Assembly: GCA_035221665.1 (NCBI GenBank)
Contig: CM069137.1
Span: forward strand, 32,240,001-32,304,000
DNA length: 64,000 bases
Source: Okamejei kenojei
Taxonomy: Eukaryota
Reading direction: 5' to 3'
Part shown: positions 52,561 through 64,000 of the stretch, in pieces
Position numbering within the stretch: the first letter of the stretch is position 1
How the letters are laid out: the number at the start of each line of letters is the position of its first letter
Translations under genes and position numbers: made by a program
Notes under the pieces: generated by a model
Database searches by the model: none
Told to the model about the DNA's origin: nothing
The model's input: only the letters and a program-made list of their open reading frames with translations

Positions 52561-53411
52561 ATATCAAATGCCTTTCAGAACAACCCAACCCAATTTTCTG
52601 GAGAAAGCTATAATTTCCAGAGCAACACAATTTGAATCGATAAATGTTTTACAATTATATTCAACAAATTAGTTTTGAGATATAGCATGGAAAGAGGACC
52701 TTCCACCTGCAGAGACCACGCCATCCATCGATCACTCTTTCACACTAGTTCTATGTTATCCCCATCTGCCAAACCTTCATGTTACTTTATATTCATGATC
52801 AGTGATTTACTTGTTCGTCCACTCGATACACAAAGGGGTAATTTTACAGAGGCCAATTATCCCCCCCCCCCCCCAACTTATATCTTACATGTGGGAGGAA
52901 TCCAGAGCACCTGGAGGAAACCCACATGACCATAGAGAACATCTAAACTCCACCCAGGTAGCACCAGAGGTCAGGATCGAACCCAGGTCCTATGAGGCAG
53001 CAGCTCTATCGCTGCACTACTGTGGCAGCTCTGGAAATATCCCATTTTCCACAGTTGTGGTAGTAAAAAAGTATTTGTGACAAACAGAGATTTTAAAGAT
53101 CTTTAAACTGAACTATTAAATACATATGCATCTATAACCAAAATCAGTTAAAACATTAAAACAAACTAAAATCTACGAATACAAGTGCTTACCATAATCC
53201 CTCTAACTCTTTATCCTTTGTAATCATTACAATAAAAATCTTCACTGCACCAGGTCTGGACTGGCACAAGTTCATGTAGCAGATTCCCCAGCACTTAAGC
53301 TGGGGAATTATTGAAACTTAACATTCCACTCACCAGCAGATCATTTCCAACCAGTTCAGAACTACTGCAGAAGTGCCAACATTTCCCTCCATTATTTCCA
53401 GTGCAGTTCAC

Positions 53412-53480
53412 TCATTTAGATGGAGAGGATTTGATATTATTAGCAGCTGTAATGAGCCTTTCAAGATCCTCAAGCAGCAC
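53412..53480 (-). CDS. Candidate terminal coding exon of an unidentified host gene (VLLEDLERLITAANNIKSSPSK*)
   Basis: Acceptor TGTTTCTAAG|G, phase 0, in non-repeat sequence. Joins in frame to the 56710-56908 exon. Confidence 0.4.
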   Translation of the reverse strand: MLLEDLERLITAANNIKSSPSK

Positions 53481-54599
53481 CTTAGAAACATAACGGTTGG
53501 AGAATTTGATCATCCAATTGTTATGCACGTGATTTTAGAGAAAAATGGTTCGTAGCCAGGTGTGGGAATGGACTGTAATTGATGGTAATAATGCAGAAAT
53601 ATAGACCCACTTGTGTTGACAGGTCCGTGGCAAGCACAGAAGACAAAGAATGACATGATATTGCAGAACAGACAGTGTTTTCAGAAGGCAAGAATATTAG
53701 TGTGAAATGCCAATACAGGATGCAAATGAAAGAAAATAACAATTGCTTAAGAATTACACAGAAGTACGAATACTAGTAATAATGTAAGAAGATATTATAA
53801 GTAGTAATTTTATGCAACTTATATCTTACATGTCATGATGGGAGTGAATGCAGAAAGGTTTTCCTTAGTGCTATTCACTGTGCCCCATTTCCACCTGCTC
53901 CAGCTGAAAATGACATAATGGGGCTTAATGAAATCTTTGTTGAGCTCAACGATGTCAAAATATTTGGGGCAGGTGGTAAAGTTTCTGCCTTACAGCGCCA
54001 GGGACCCGGGTTCGATCCCGACTAGGAGTGCTATCTATATGGAGTTTGTACATTCGCCTCATGACCATGTAGGTTTACCCCGGGTGCTCTGGTTTCTTCC
54101 CACACTCATAGAGTCATAGTCATAGAGTGATACAATGTAGAAACAGGCCCTTCATCCCAACTCGCCCTCTTGCCTGCTCTTGGTTCATATCGCTCCAAAC
54201 CTGTGTTATCCATGTACCTGTCTAACTGTTTCTTAAAAGGTGGGATAGTCCCAGCCTCAACTACCTCCTCTGGCAGCATGTTCCATACACCCGTACAGTT
54301 AAAATCCCCTACTACAACAACCTTATTTGGCCTGCAGCTATCTGCAAAATCTCGACACATTTATTCTTCTAATTCCCGTTGACTATTCGATGGTAGTACA
54401 CCCCCAACAAGGTGATCATCCCTTTCTTAGTCCTCAGCTCCACCCATATAGCCTCACTAGACCAACCGTCTGTAATGTCACCTCTGAACACAGCCGTGAC
54501 AACCAACAAAGCAACCCACCCCCCCCCCCCCCCCTCTCTTTTTCCCTCACCCCTGTCTCTCCTGAAGCTCCTGTAACTGGGAACATTGAGCTGATAGTC

Positions 54600-55660
54600 C
54601 TGCCCCTCCCTTAACTAGGGTTCAGTCATGGCTACAATATCCCAGTCGCTCTAGGCCCTTAGCTCATCTGCCTTACCCATCAGGCCCCTTGCATTAAAAT
54701 ACGTGCTGTTTAAACCAACTCTCCTTCCTCTCTCTTCGCCTTTCACCTGCCTATTCTGTCCACTTATCTTTCCCACATCACCCTCCATACCAATTTCTAG
54801 CCTCTCACATGCCTGCACTAAATCCCCCCCCCCCCCCTCCCCCCAACCAATCTAGTTTAAACCCTCCCGTGTAGCATTATCAAACCTTCCCGCTAGGATG
54901 TTGGACCCCCTCCAGTTTAGGTGCAGCCCATCCCTTTTATACAGGTCACCCCTGCCCCCTGCACCAACTCCTCAGCCACACATTCATTTCCCCTATTCTT
55001 ACCTTCACTAGCTCGAGGTACTGGAAACAATCCTGAGATCACTACCTTGCAGGTCCTGCTTTTCAGTCTTACACCCAATTCCGTAAATTCTTGTTGCAGA
55101 ACCTCCTTCCTCTTTCTACCTATATCATTTGTGCCAACATGCACAACAACCCCCGGCATCTCCCTCTCACTCTTGAGGATGCCGTGCAAACACTCCGAGA
55201 TATCCTGGACCCTGGCACCAAGGAGGCAACGCACCATCCTGGAGTCTTGCCTGCTGCCGCAGATTCTCCTGTCTGCACCTCTGACGATGGAGTCTCCCCC
55301 ACTATAGCTCTGCCTGACGTCACTCTTCCCCATTGAGCCTCGGCACCAGGGTTGGAATCACAGCCTTGGCTACGTTTCAATCTTGTGTCATCCGCTCCCA
55401 AGAGAGTGTACCTGTTTTCAGTAGGCACAGCCACTGGGATCTCTGCACTCCACGTTTGCTCCTCTTTCTTATAGTCACCCACCTTTGCTCTATCCTTAGT
55501 GTGACAACCTCACTGTAGGTCCTGTCTATGAAACTCTTGTTTTTCCAGATGGCCCTGAGGTCATCCAGCTGCTGCTCCAGTTCCCCAACATGTTCATTCA
55601 GGAGTGGCCCTGACTTCCCACATCCTGCAGGAAACACACTGTACCAACTTGCCTGCCATA
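54600..55660 (-). mobile_element. CR1 5' region: ORF1 (Zn-finger remnant, SGNH esterase) and start of ORF2
   Basis: LVQCVSCRMWE; GDSIVRG..VVVHVGTNDIGRK; YFNARGL..DIVAMTE. Confidence 0.85.
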
Positions 55661-56471
55661 TCTTTAGTGGACAAAAAAAAAATCACAACATTCAAAGACG
55701 TACAGGTTTGTAGGTTAATCAGCTTCGTTAAAAATTGTATACTGTCCCTAGTGTGCAAGATAGTGCTAATGTATGGGGATCGCTGGTTGGCGAGGACTCG
55801 ATGGACCAAAAGGCCTGTCTCTACGCTGTATCTCTAAACTAAACTAAAAGCTAAAGATAAATGCATAGCTCCACAGCTTTGTAAATTGCATATTGGGAGC
55901 ATATCGGGCTCCCATCGGGCCAAAGGTATAGAAGTGTGAAAATGCACAACTTCAAATTCAGGGACAGTACCTTCCCAGCTGTTATCAGGCAACTAAACTG
56001 TCCTACCGCAGCCATAGAACAGTCCTGAACTACTATCTACTGTACTTCATTGGGAACCCTGGACTATCTTTGATCTGACTTTACTGGCTTTACCTTGCAC
56101 TTAACATTACTCCCTTATCATGTATCCATACACTGTGAATGGCTCAATTGCAATCATGTATTGTCTTTCCGCTGGTTAGTTAGCACGCGACAAAAGCAAC
56201 AAAAGCTTTTCACGGTACCTGTGACAATAAACTAAACTGATCGGAACTGATATTCCACCTCAAGTTCTGACATGGTAAAATGAGTCAGAGGATTTTCATT
56301 TTACAATGAAAAGTTGCTATTTATATCTATGTTATAGACAACACCAAGGCCACTGAACGACTGTCAACCTTAATTTTTATACAGCTCGTTAAGGAATCAA
56401 CTTCATGCTTTGTTCATAACTAGATGGTCTATTTAGCAAAATAATTCAGTTTATTCCAGTCAGTTTATTCC

Positions 56472-56603
56472 AGTCTGAAGAAGGGTCTCGACCCGAAACA
56501 TCACCCATTCCTTCTCTCCAGAGATGCTGCCTGTCCCACTGCTACTCCAGCATTTTTTGTCTACCTTCGATTTAAACCAGCATCTGCAGTTCTTTCCTAC
56601 ACA
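56472..56603 (+). mobile_element. Short Penelope pLTR insertion beginning at a hammerhead motif
   Basis: CTGAAGAAGGGTCTCGACCCGAAACATC. Flanked by duplicated TATTCCAGTCAGTTTA (56452-56467 and 56604-56619). Confidence 0.7.
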
Positions 56604-56709
56604 TATTCCAGTCAGTTTACTGTTGCACCTTTCCTGTAGAGATGGACCAACTAAACTTTACTGGTCTGACTCATGTAAATGTAAACTGCCTGTTCACTAA
56701 CCTACACAC

Positions 56710-56908
56710 CTCCCTGAAAGGAATAAAACCTGTGGTCACTTGAAAGTCAGATCCAACTTTTTTTAAAAGATCAAAGGCCCTTTTGCAAGTTATTCCAATA
56801 TCTGGAACTTTGGGCCTTGCATTCGGGGAAGTAGTTCCCAGATGTGCCATTTCAGAAGATAATCGATCTTTTTCTAGCCTTAAAATCACCATCTTTAAGT
56901 GTCGTACA
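56710..56908 (-). CDS. Candidate internal exon of an unidentified host gene
   Basis: TTTGCAG| ... GAG|GTGTGT, 199 nt, open frame VRHLKMVILRLEKDRLSSEMAHLG...GFIPFRE. Phase 2 to 0. Confidence 0.45.
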
Positions 56909-57374
56909 CTGCAAATATTTAAGAGTGTGCCAAATTAAGTAATAACAAGGAACTGCAGAAGCTGGTTTATGCCAAAGGTAGATACAAAATGCTGGAATAA
57001 TTCATTGGGTCAGGCAGTCTCGCTGGAAAATATGGATAGGTAAACAAAATTAACTTTATTCGTGAATTTAAAAAAAACATATGCAAAAGAAAAGAGTGTG
57101 CATAATTTTTTTATATAGTGTAACACATACATCTATATGGACATAAAATGCCTGAGTAACTCAGCAAGACAGGCAGCATCTCTGGAGAGAAGGAATGGGT
57201 GATGTTTAGCATTGAGACCCTTGTTCCTGGGTAAACCAGCATCTGCAGTTCCTTCCAAGTCTGAAGAATGGTCTCTAACCGAAACGTAACCCATTCCTTC
57301 TCTAATGAGATGCTGCCTGACCTGTTGAATTATTCCAGCATTCTGTGGCTATCTTTGCCAAATTAAGTACTTAC

Positions 57375-57439
57375 TGTGATATGACCTCAGGCATCAAGTA
57401 GACTTGTGAATGTACTGCATACTCCATCATCACACTCTG
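57375..57439 (-). CDS. Candidate internal exon of an unidentified host gene
   Basis: CAACAG| ... CA|GTAAGT, 65 nt, QSVMMEYAVHSQVYLMPEVIS(H). Phase 0 to 2, matching the next exon. Confidence 0.4.
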
Positions 57440-60400
57440 CTGTTGTGACAACGCTCACTGTCAGAACTCAGTTAACACTTGTCTCCAGGAAACTCATTTT
57501 ATTATACTTTCATTCTTTCATGTTTACTTTGCTATTCAGTTTTTCTAAAATGCCTACTTCCATCATTGAATGGCCACTGTGACACAATAGAAATTAACAG
57601 ATATCATATGAATAGTTCTATTATATTGCTGACTCCAGTGAAAGAACCATCCATAATTATCACCATTTGCTTTCTACCCCTATTCCTGCATTAATTTCCA
57701 CATTCTTAACTAATGAACAAAGTTCATGAACTTTTGTCACTGTGATCCAATTATTGTAGGTGTTTTTTGCGACCATCTTCCCCCACCACTCACCACTTGC
57801 CCAGAGTTACAAATGGTTCCCCTCAGTCAAGTTTTTCTCTCTTATTCTCCCCTCATACCTTCTCCAGCTCATTAACAAGATTTCCTTCCTGCTCCTTTGC
57901 CCCAATAACCTCCAAACTGCACACATTCAACTCCCCTTCATCATCTCCATATTGACAATGGTAAAATCTGTGCCAACAAAATGAAGTTGCCCTGTTCTTT
58001 TAGATTTGCAGAATTTTCAGTTTAAGAAGATGCTTAATCTAAAAAAAAAGGCAGGGTTTGTACAGTGAGGTAAAACAAAGGAGCAAAGGGATCTATCGAG
58101 TACATTGATGGACTTCATTGTTTTGTCCTTCAAAGACAATGGAGAAGATTTCAAAGGTTTCAAAGGTCGTCTATTGTCACGTGTACCAATTTAGGTACAG
58201 TGAAACTCGATCACCATACAGCCATACTAAAAAAAGCAACAAGACACACAACTATATAAAAGTTAACATAAACATCCACCACAGCGGATTCCCCACATTC
58301 CTCACTGCGATGGAAGGTAATAAACCAAAAAACTAAAGTAAATTGGTTGAACACCAAAGATGACAAAGATCTCTCAGTGGACTCTCACTCCCACAGGCAC
58401 TCAGAAGCAAGATCGCCTAGGCTCAGTGCCAAAGAATTCTTCTGAAAAGTCATTTTCAGCTGCGGTAATCATTATTCATTTTAAGCTAAAATGCTGGTCT
58501 CAGCTGATCCAGAGAACGTCTGGATTTTCCTCCCCCCATTGACACTTGACCCCTATAACATTCAGGTATAAACACTGAAAAGTTTGAGCTCCAGTGTTAC
58601 TGATCGTCATTGTTGCTTTTCTTTATTTTTGGGAACTGACAAATTATATTTGAAATTATCAAACCCTTTAGTTTTAGATATAACAAATTCCAGTGGATCA
58701 TCTCTGAAGTTGCTATTTCTGTTGTACATGGGACGGGGGACTAAGCAGAGTAATCTTGATGGAAAAGAGACACGAGAAACTGCAGATGCTGGATTCTTGA
58801 GTAAAATACAAAGTGCTGGAGCAACTCAGCCAGATGGTGCGGCCAGGACTTGAATGGGAAGTCGAGTTCATTGATGAAAATATTGATATCTATCAACTGT
58901 AAAAGGCCTCTAGATAAACTAAGCTGTAATCAATTGAAGTGGAGAACAAATTCTTAGGTGTGACAATGGAGAGAAGGTTGGAAATGGGAAGCTCCTTATT
59001 TTCATAATTAATGCCAAGACATATCACTGTTTATCATTGTTACTCTTATTCAGGTCATTTATCACAGCCTTTAGAAACCATAAACATTCTAATATTTTAC
59101 AAATGGCAAAGAGCACAGTGTGAAGAGCTTTCAAAGAGCAACTCTGTTTGAACTTATTTTGATCAAATTATGAAGAATATTCTCACAAGTAGCTTACCTG
59201 AGTAGTTAACAACATAGAATATTTTGGGGTTTCATCATCATGGGTAGGTAAACATATTAGACTTTCTTTGCTCCACATTCAAGGAACTTTATGAACACAA
59301 TCAAAATGTGAGAAAACTATCATCGCAATTATCAATGGAAGCTTATGGAAAATAAACAGTTGTTGTTAACCAATAGCCAATCATTGTCACATTTTATTTT
59401 ACAGATACTCCCACAAGGCTAAAAAATATTAACTCCAAAATGATTTCTAACTTATTTTCTAAATCAAACAACTTTACAAGTCATCCCCAGTATACAAACA
59501 CTTGACTTACATGCAAGGTAGACACAAAATGCTGGAGTAACTCAGCGGGACAGGCAGCAACTTTGAAGGGTGACGTTTCGGGTCAAATTATCATTTGAGA
59601 GACTGGTGGATTTTCTAGCTGCAAGGTTACAGATGACTTTACTTGACATTAGCTGAACTTCTGCCACATTGAATCCACGAAGAATACATTCTAGTTAACG
59701 CATTGATGTCCATTTTGTGAATACTTTCAAGATCCACCACCAGGGTTGGTGGCAGCATCCTTTTTAAAACTACCAACGGCAATAAAATATTTTATAAGAA
59801 TATTATTATTACCCTGAGATAGGCTCGAGCTAAGTTTGTTAATACCAACTTTACTGTTAAGAATGACAAAATTAGACTTAAATTGCTTCTCCAGAAAACC
59901 TAGGACATTCCATCTCTGCAGGCATCTGCTGTGTGGAATTCTGTTCCAGCCATATTTATAAACTGTTCAGATTACAAACAGTTCACAGGAACAACCAGGG
60001 AAGGACCTGTATTTATTTTGCTTGGAAGTGAAAATAGATGAGAAAAGAGATTGCCTCAGATGAGAGGCTTTCTACTTTTGGCAATGATAGTTATCAATTT
60101 TCTATAAAGTGTCTTTCAAATATTACTTCTTCAACATCCTTGTTAAACTAGCATCTTGGCCCAATGTCTGGAGGTCACTGACTGGACCACATTGCAAACT
60201 TATTGAAATTAATAATGAAAATTTACCCCATATTATGTTTCAGATGTCAGCTTTCTATTTTGCAACGCTCGCCTTATGATTTGAAGTCGAATGCAGGAGG
60301 CCCAATTAAGATGACCCTCCATATCCAAGAGGAATTCCATGAGGTGAAGTGGCCTCTGAGAAACAACTAATGCTCAAGTCTGTGTGCTGCTAATGTCCAA

Positions 60401-60519
60401 CTTCTGGAATATACCGACACCCGTGATGCGGCGACAGGCAAGATTTTTATTGCACTGTACCTCATCGTACTTATGCATATGACAATAAACTTGGCTCAAA
60501 GATTATTGAAATTTGTCGG

Positions 60520-61030
60520 TACATAGAACAATATGGCACAAGAACTTCAGCCCATAAAGTCTGCACCAGACATGATGCCAAGTTAAATTAATTTCCTCTG
60601 CCTGCTCGTGATCTATATCCCACTATTCCCTGCTTATTCATGTGCTTATCCATAAGCCTCTTAAATGCTACTACTGTATCTGCTTTCACCACTGCCTCTT
60701 GCAGCATATTCAAGGCAATCACTACTATTTGCACACAAAAAAACCCACCCCAAATACCTCCTATATACTTTGCCCCCTTTCACCTTAAAATTATGCCCTC
60801 TTGTCTACTTGCTCCTGGGAACAAAGTTCTGACTGTCTAGTCTATCTCTGGCTCATAATTTTATCCATTCATCCAGTCTCTACTGAGCATCCGAAACTCC
60901 AGAGTAAACAATCCAAGTTCGTCCAACCTCTCCTTGCAGCTAATGCCTTCTAATCCAGGCAGCATTCTGGTCATTTCGGCACCCCTCCAAAGCCTCCCCA
61001 TCCTTCCTGTAATGAGATGACCAGAAATGC
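60520..61030 (-). mobile_element. Degraded CR1 3' fragment
   Basis: TRMLPGLEGISCKERLDELGLFTLEFRML. Confidence 0.7.
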
Positions 61031-62450
61031 ACACAATCTCTGACAGAGGCATTTACAATTGTTGTTATCGTTTAAAAACTTGAAAATAAAAGCATAACAG
61101 AACATGTCAAACAACTTTGGCCACAGGACCTGCAAACCCTTTCATTTCAACAAACTCACCATTTATACACCAGCCAGCATTGGTGTAATCCAATGTGAAA
61201 TGCTCCACTCTGCAGCATTTCAATGCACTGCTGCTGAGCCCAAAGGCAAGTCCAGCAGCACGGTGGGAGTTTTAGTGTGCAGTGTGTGTCTGCGCATGAG
61301 CAAAAGTCTAACTACTGTTCTCTTTGGCTCATGACTGGTTACATCATAGCCTGGTTCGGCAACACAAATGCCCAGGAACGCAGAATATTACAAAAAGTGG
61401 CAATCCTCAAACAAGGCAGATCGCACCTTTAGGGACCCGCACCACCCTGGCCATGCTCATATTTCACTCCTGCCTCAAGATGATTGGTCTCAGATACCAT
61501 CTCTTGGAACTCTCCCAACAACCTTCAGTCAACGGCAAAACAGGGGGCCAAACTTTGACCAAAGTCAAAGGGGGAAAACTTACATAATGTTGACATTCAG
61601 AGATATGTTAAACAATTTTGAAATTGCTGGATAAAATTTTAAAGTTTGTTAAAACCACAAAATCGCTTACAATCATGTAAAATATTAAAATACTTAATTA
61701 TATGCCTTTCTAACTCCTCAGACCGAGAAATCTCATTCTCAAGTGATTGGCAGATTATTAGGATACTGTTGGGAAATGGCAGTGAGCCGAGTTTCCACTG
61801 TAGGTGTCACACTGAGTGCCTTGACAGGGCAGAGTGACAAATCCGGCACTGAGCCGTGGATTGCAAACATGTCTGTGCAAATCTAGGAGTTGCTTCAGTG
61901 TGAAACTGCTGAACACCCAATGTTCCCTTTGCCCACAGCCAGCCCCATTTGGTCCTATAATTTTATTTGTGCAATTTGATTATGGTTAAGGAAATTAGTA
62001 AGATTAAACGAGAACTTACCAAGTTTGAAGGTTGATCTGTATTTTACGAGGAGTCGCGGTGAGGGATTTCGTGAAGACCCCACCAGCACGCATGCGCGGC
62101 ATCCTTCAAAGCAGCGGTGTGGAATCACAGAACCAAACCATGACTAAAAAATAGTAAGACGAAAACGTAGAACTACCTGGATGACCTTATGATAGAGGGT
62201 GGGAGCGGTGGGCACGAAATCCCTCACCGCGACTCCTCGTAAAATACAGATCAACCTTCAAACTTGGTAAGTTCTCGTTTAATCTTACTATTTTACTTCG
62301 GAGTCACGTGAGTGACTTCATGAAGATTTCAAAGCTCTGTGATTTCACGCCCTGGACAACGTCCATGCTTATCACACTGCCGCCAGTCTGATGGAGGAAG
62401 GCTGTTAATGGAGTTCAGTCGAATACTGGCTGAAAAATCAACACAATTTA

Positions 62451-63425
62451 TTAATCAAATAAACAACAAACCCCTAAATCGGGGCCAGACATTATACTGA
62501 GCGGTACCCAGGATAGCTTCTGCGAATGTCGCAGGGGCGGCCAGAGGCTTGTTATAGAACCGTTGAAAGGTTTTTTCCCACTGGCCCAGCCCGCGGTGGC
62601 GAGAATGTGGTCCATGGGCACCTCCATGGCTCTCGCCGCTGATATGGATGCAGCCCTGGTGGAATGAGACTTAAAAATGTTAGTAGCAACTCCTGCTGCA
62701 TCCAGCACCACCCTGAGCCACCTGGCGATCGTCTGTGTAGTCACCCGATGATGCGGAGGTTTATGACTGATGAGGAGCCCCTGTTCCTTCATCCTGATAA
62801 CTCCAGTAACTCGGATGTAGTGGTGGAGATGGGTGACTATGCAGAGAGTGGCATCTACAGGGTACGCCCGAAATTCCAACTGCAGCCCATGCGCCCCTGG
62901 CCTGTGCTGTTTTAATAATTCTTTGACAAAGAAATTTATTTGACCAGGGGTGGCCACCATGCTGTCCAGTTGCAGTTTCTGTAACGTCTGGGCTCGTTGG
63001 GCTGTAGTCAGTGCCATAAGCATCACCACCTTGAGGGTGAGCTGTTTCAATGGTAGCTCATCTATTGGAGCCCAGCTCCTCAGTAGGGTCAGCACGATCC
63101 CCACATCCCACGTTACTGTATATCTGGGTCGTGGAGGATTGGTGTTGAACACTCCCCTCATTAGTTTAGACACCAGGTGGTTGGAGCCGACACCTATATC
63201 CAGGTATGAGGACAGCGCACTCCTGGCGCTGTTGATGGCACTGTAGCTGAGGCCAGCATCGAAATGGAGGCCTGCTAGAAACTCCAACACATCAGGTATT
63301 GTTGCCGAGTTGGAAGACTTGTTGGTCCGGGCACAGAATGCCTCCCACTTTCTGATTTGGGTGAGGTATTGTTTCCGAGTTGATTCTTGGCATGATGCGG
63401 CGATAAGGTCTATGGCTCTTAACAA
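62451..63425 (-). CDS. DIRS tyrosine recombinase (near intact; late frameshift)
   Basis: 324-aa ORF with LSYSAINSARSALS, TAQRAQT, FKSHSTRAAS and AGWAS. The catalytic TFQRFY segment is one frame off at a G3A6 run near 62575. Confidence 0.88.
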   Translation of the reverse strand: MLRAIDLIAASCQESTRKQYLTQIRKWEAFCARTNKSSNSATIPDVLEFLAGLHFDAGLSYSAINSARSALSSYLDIGVGSNHLVSKLMRGVFNTNPPRPRYTVTWDVGIVLTLLRSWAPIDELPLKQLTLKVVMLMALTTAQRAQTLQKLQLDSMVATPGQINFFVKELLKQHRPGAHGLQLEFRAYPVDATLCIVTHLHHYIRVTGVIRMKEQGLLISHKPPHHRVTTQTIARWLRVVLDAAGVATNIFKSHSTRAASISAARAMEVPMDHILATAGWASGKKPFNGSITSLWPPLRHSQKLSWVPLSIMSGPDLGVCCLFD

Positions 63426-64000
63426 GATGCCTGCCCGGATGAGTGGTCTTTCAGAACCTGCAGGCCACCAAGTTTAAATGACCATGGCAAGGATGACTGA
63501 CCCCCCCCCCCCCCCGTAATGGAGTGAGTAATCAATTTGGGATGTTTCCCAATCGCCATCCATGGTTGTTTTAAAATTTCTACAACCATCGGGTACCATG
63601 GTTGTGTAGGCCAGTCGGGAATGATCAATATGCCAGTTGCAGAGTCTAGTTTAATTTTCTGCAATACCCGACTGGTGAGGCAGAATGGGGGAAATGCGTA
63701 GCAAACCATTTCCCCCAATGGATAAAAACGCATCCATTGCTATTGCCCCAGGGTCTGGTTCCCACAACACATACGTTGGTATTCGATGGTTCAGCCTGGA
63801 CGCAAATAGGTCAATATCTGGTGTCCCAAAATGAGCTATAATATCTCCAAAATTTGGGGGTTCAACATCCACTCAATGTTGTCATTGAAGACACGTGACC
63901 TGGTGTCTGCCACTGAATTAAGCTTCCCAGGCAAATAGGTCGCAGTAATCCAAATATTTCTTTCAATGCACCAGTGCCAAATTGTATTAGCCAATTCATC
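63419..64000 (-). pseudogene. DIRS RNase H C-terminus and Dam-like methyltransferase domain, frameshifted
   Basis: IWHWCIERNIWITATYLPGKLNSVADTRSR; DIDLFASRLN; YAFPPF; ILIIPDWPTQPWY. Confidence 0.85.

Larger units (their letters stand above)
61996..64000 (-). mobile_element. DIRS1-type retrotransposon, 3' part (continues past the window end)
   Basis: Right ITR/extension at 61996-~62120. ICR ~62212-62325 contains the circle junction CTTACTATTTTACTTCGGAGTCAC. YR, MT and RNase H lie upstream. Confidence 0.92.

Noticed and set aside
59190-59900. Further upstream exons of the minus-strand gene
   Set aside because: Several open segments have plausible donors, but I could not find a consistent acceptor and phase chain.
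62451-63425. Phage integrase or bacterial contamination
   Set aside because: It is embedded in DIRS ITR/ICR structure with RH and MT, among vertebrate repeats.

Overview
Repeat-rich vertebrate genomic DNA, most likely from a cartilaginous fish (skate or ray; inferred from HE1/V-SINE-like, CR1 and Penelope families). There is one assembly gap at 38951-39099. The main feature is a degraded ~8.9 kb provirus at 500-9375. It has a 1348-bp LTR, a tRNA-Arg PBS, a coiled-coil Gag, a Pol with two RNase H domains, and an Env built like a paramyxo/pneumovirus F protein. This matches a lokiretrovirus-like endogenous retrovirus. Also present are three DIRS1-type tyrosine-recombinase retrotransposons with ITR/ICR termini, a 1.9-kb rearranged Gypsy element carrying a 43-nt copy of its tRNA-Leu primer, several Penelope-like elements and many short pseudo-LTR copies bearing minimal hammerhead-ribozyme motifs, two or three MITEs, and CR1/L1/Rex/RTE fragments and SINEs. 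Three phase-compatible candidate 3' exons of an unidentified host gene lie on the minus strand at 53.4-57.4 kb. All calls were made by eye; boundaries of degraded repeats are approximate.
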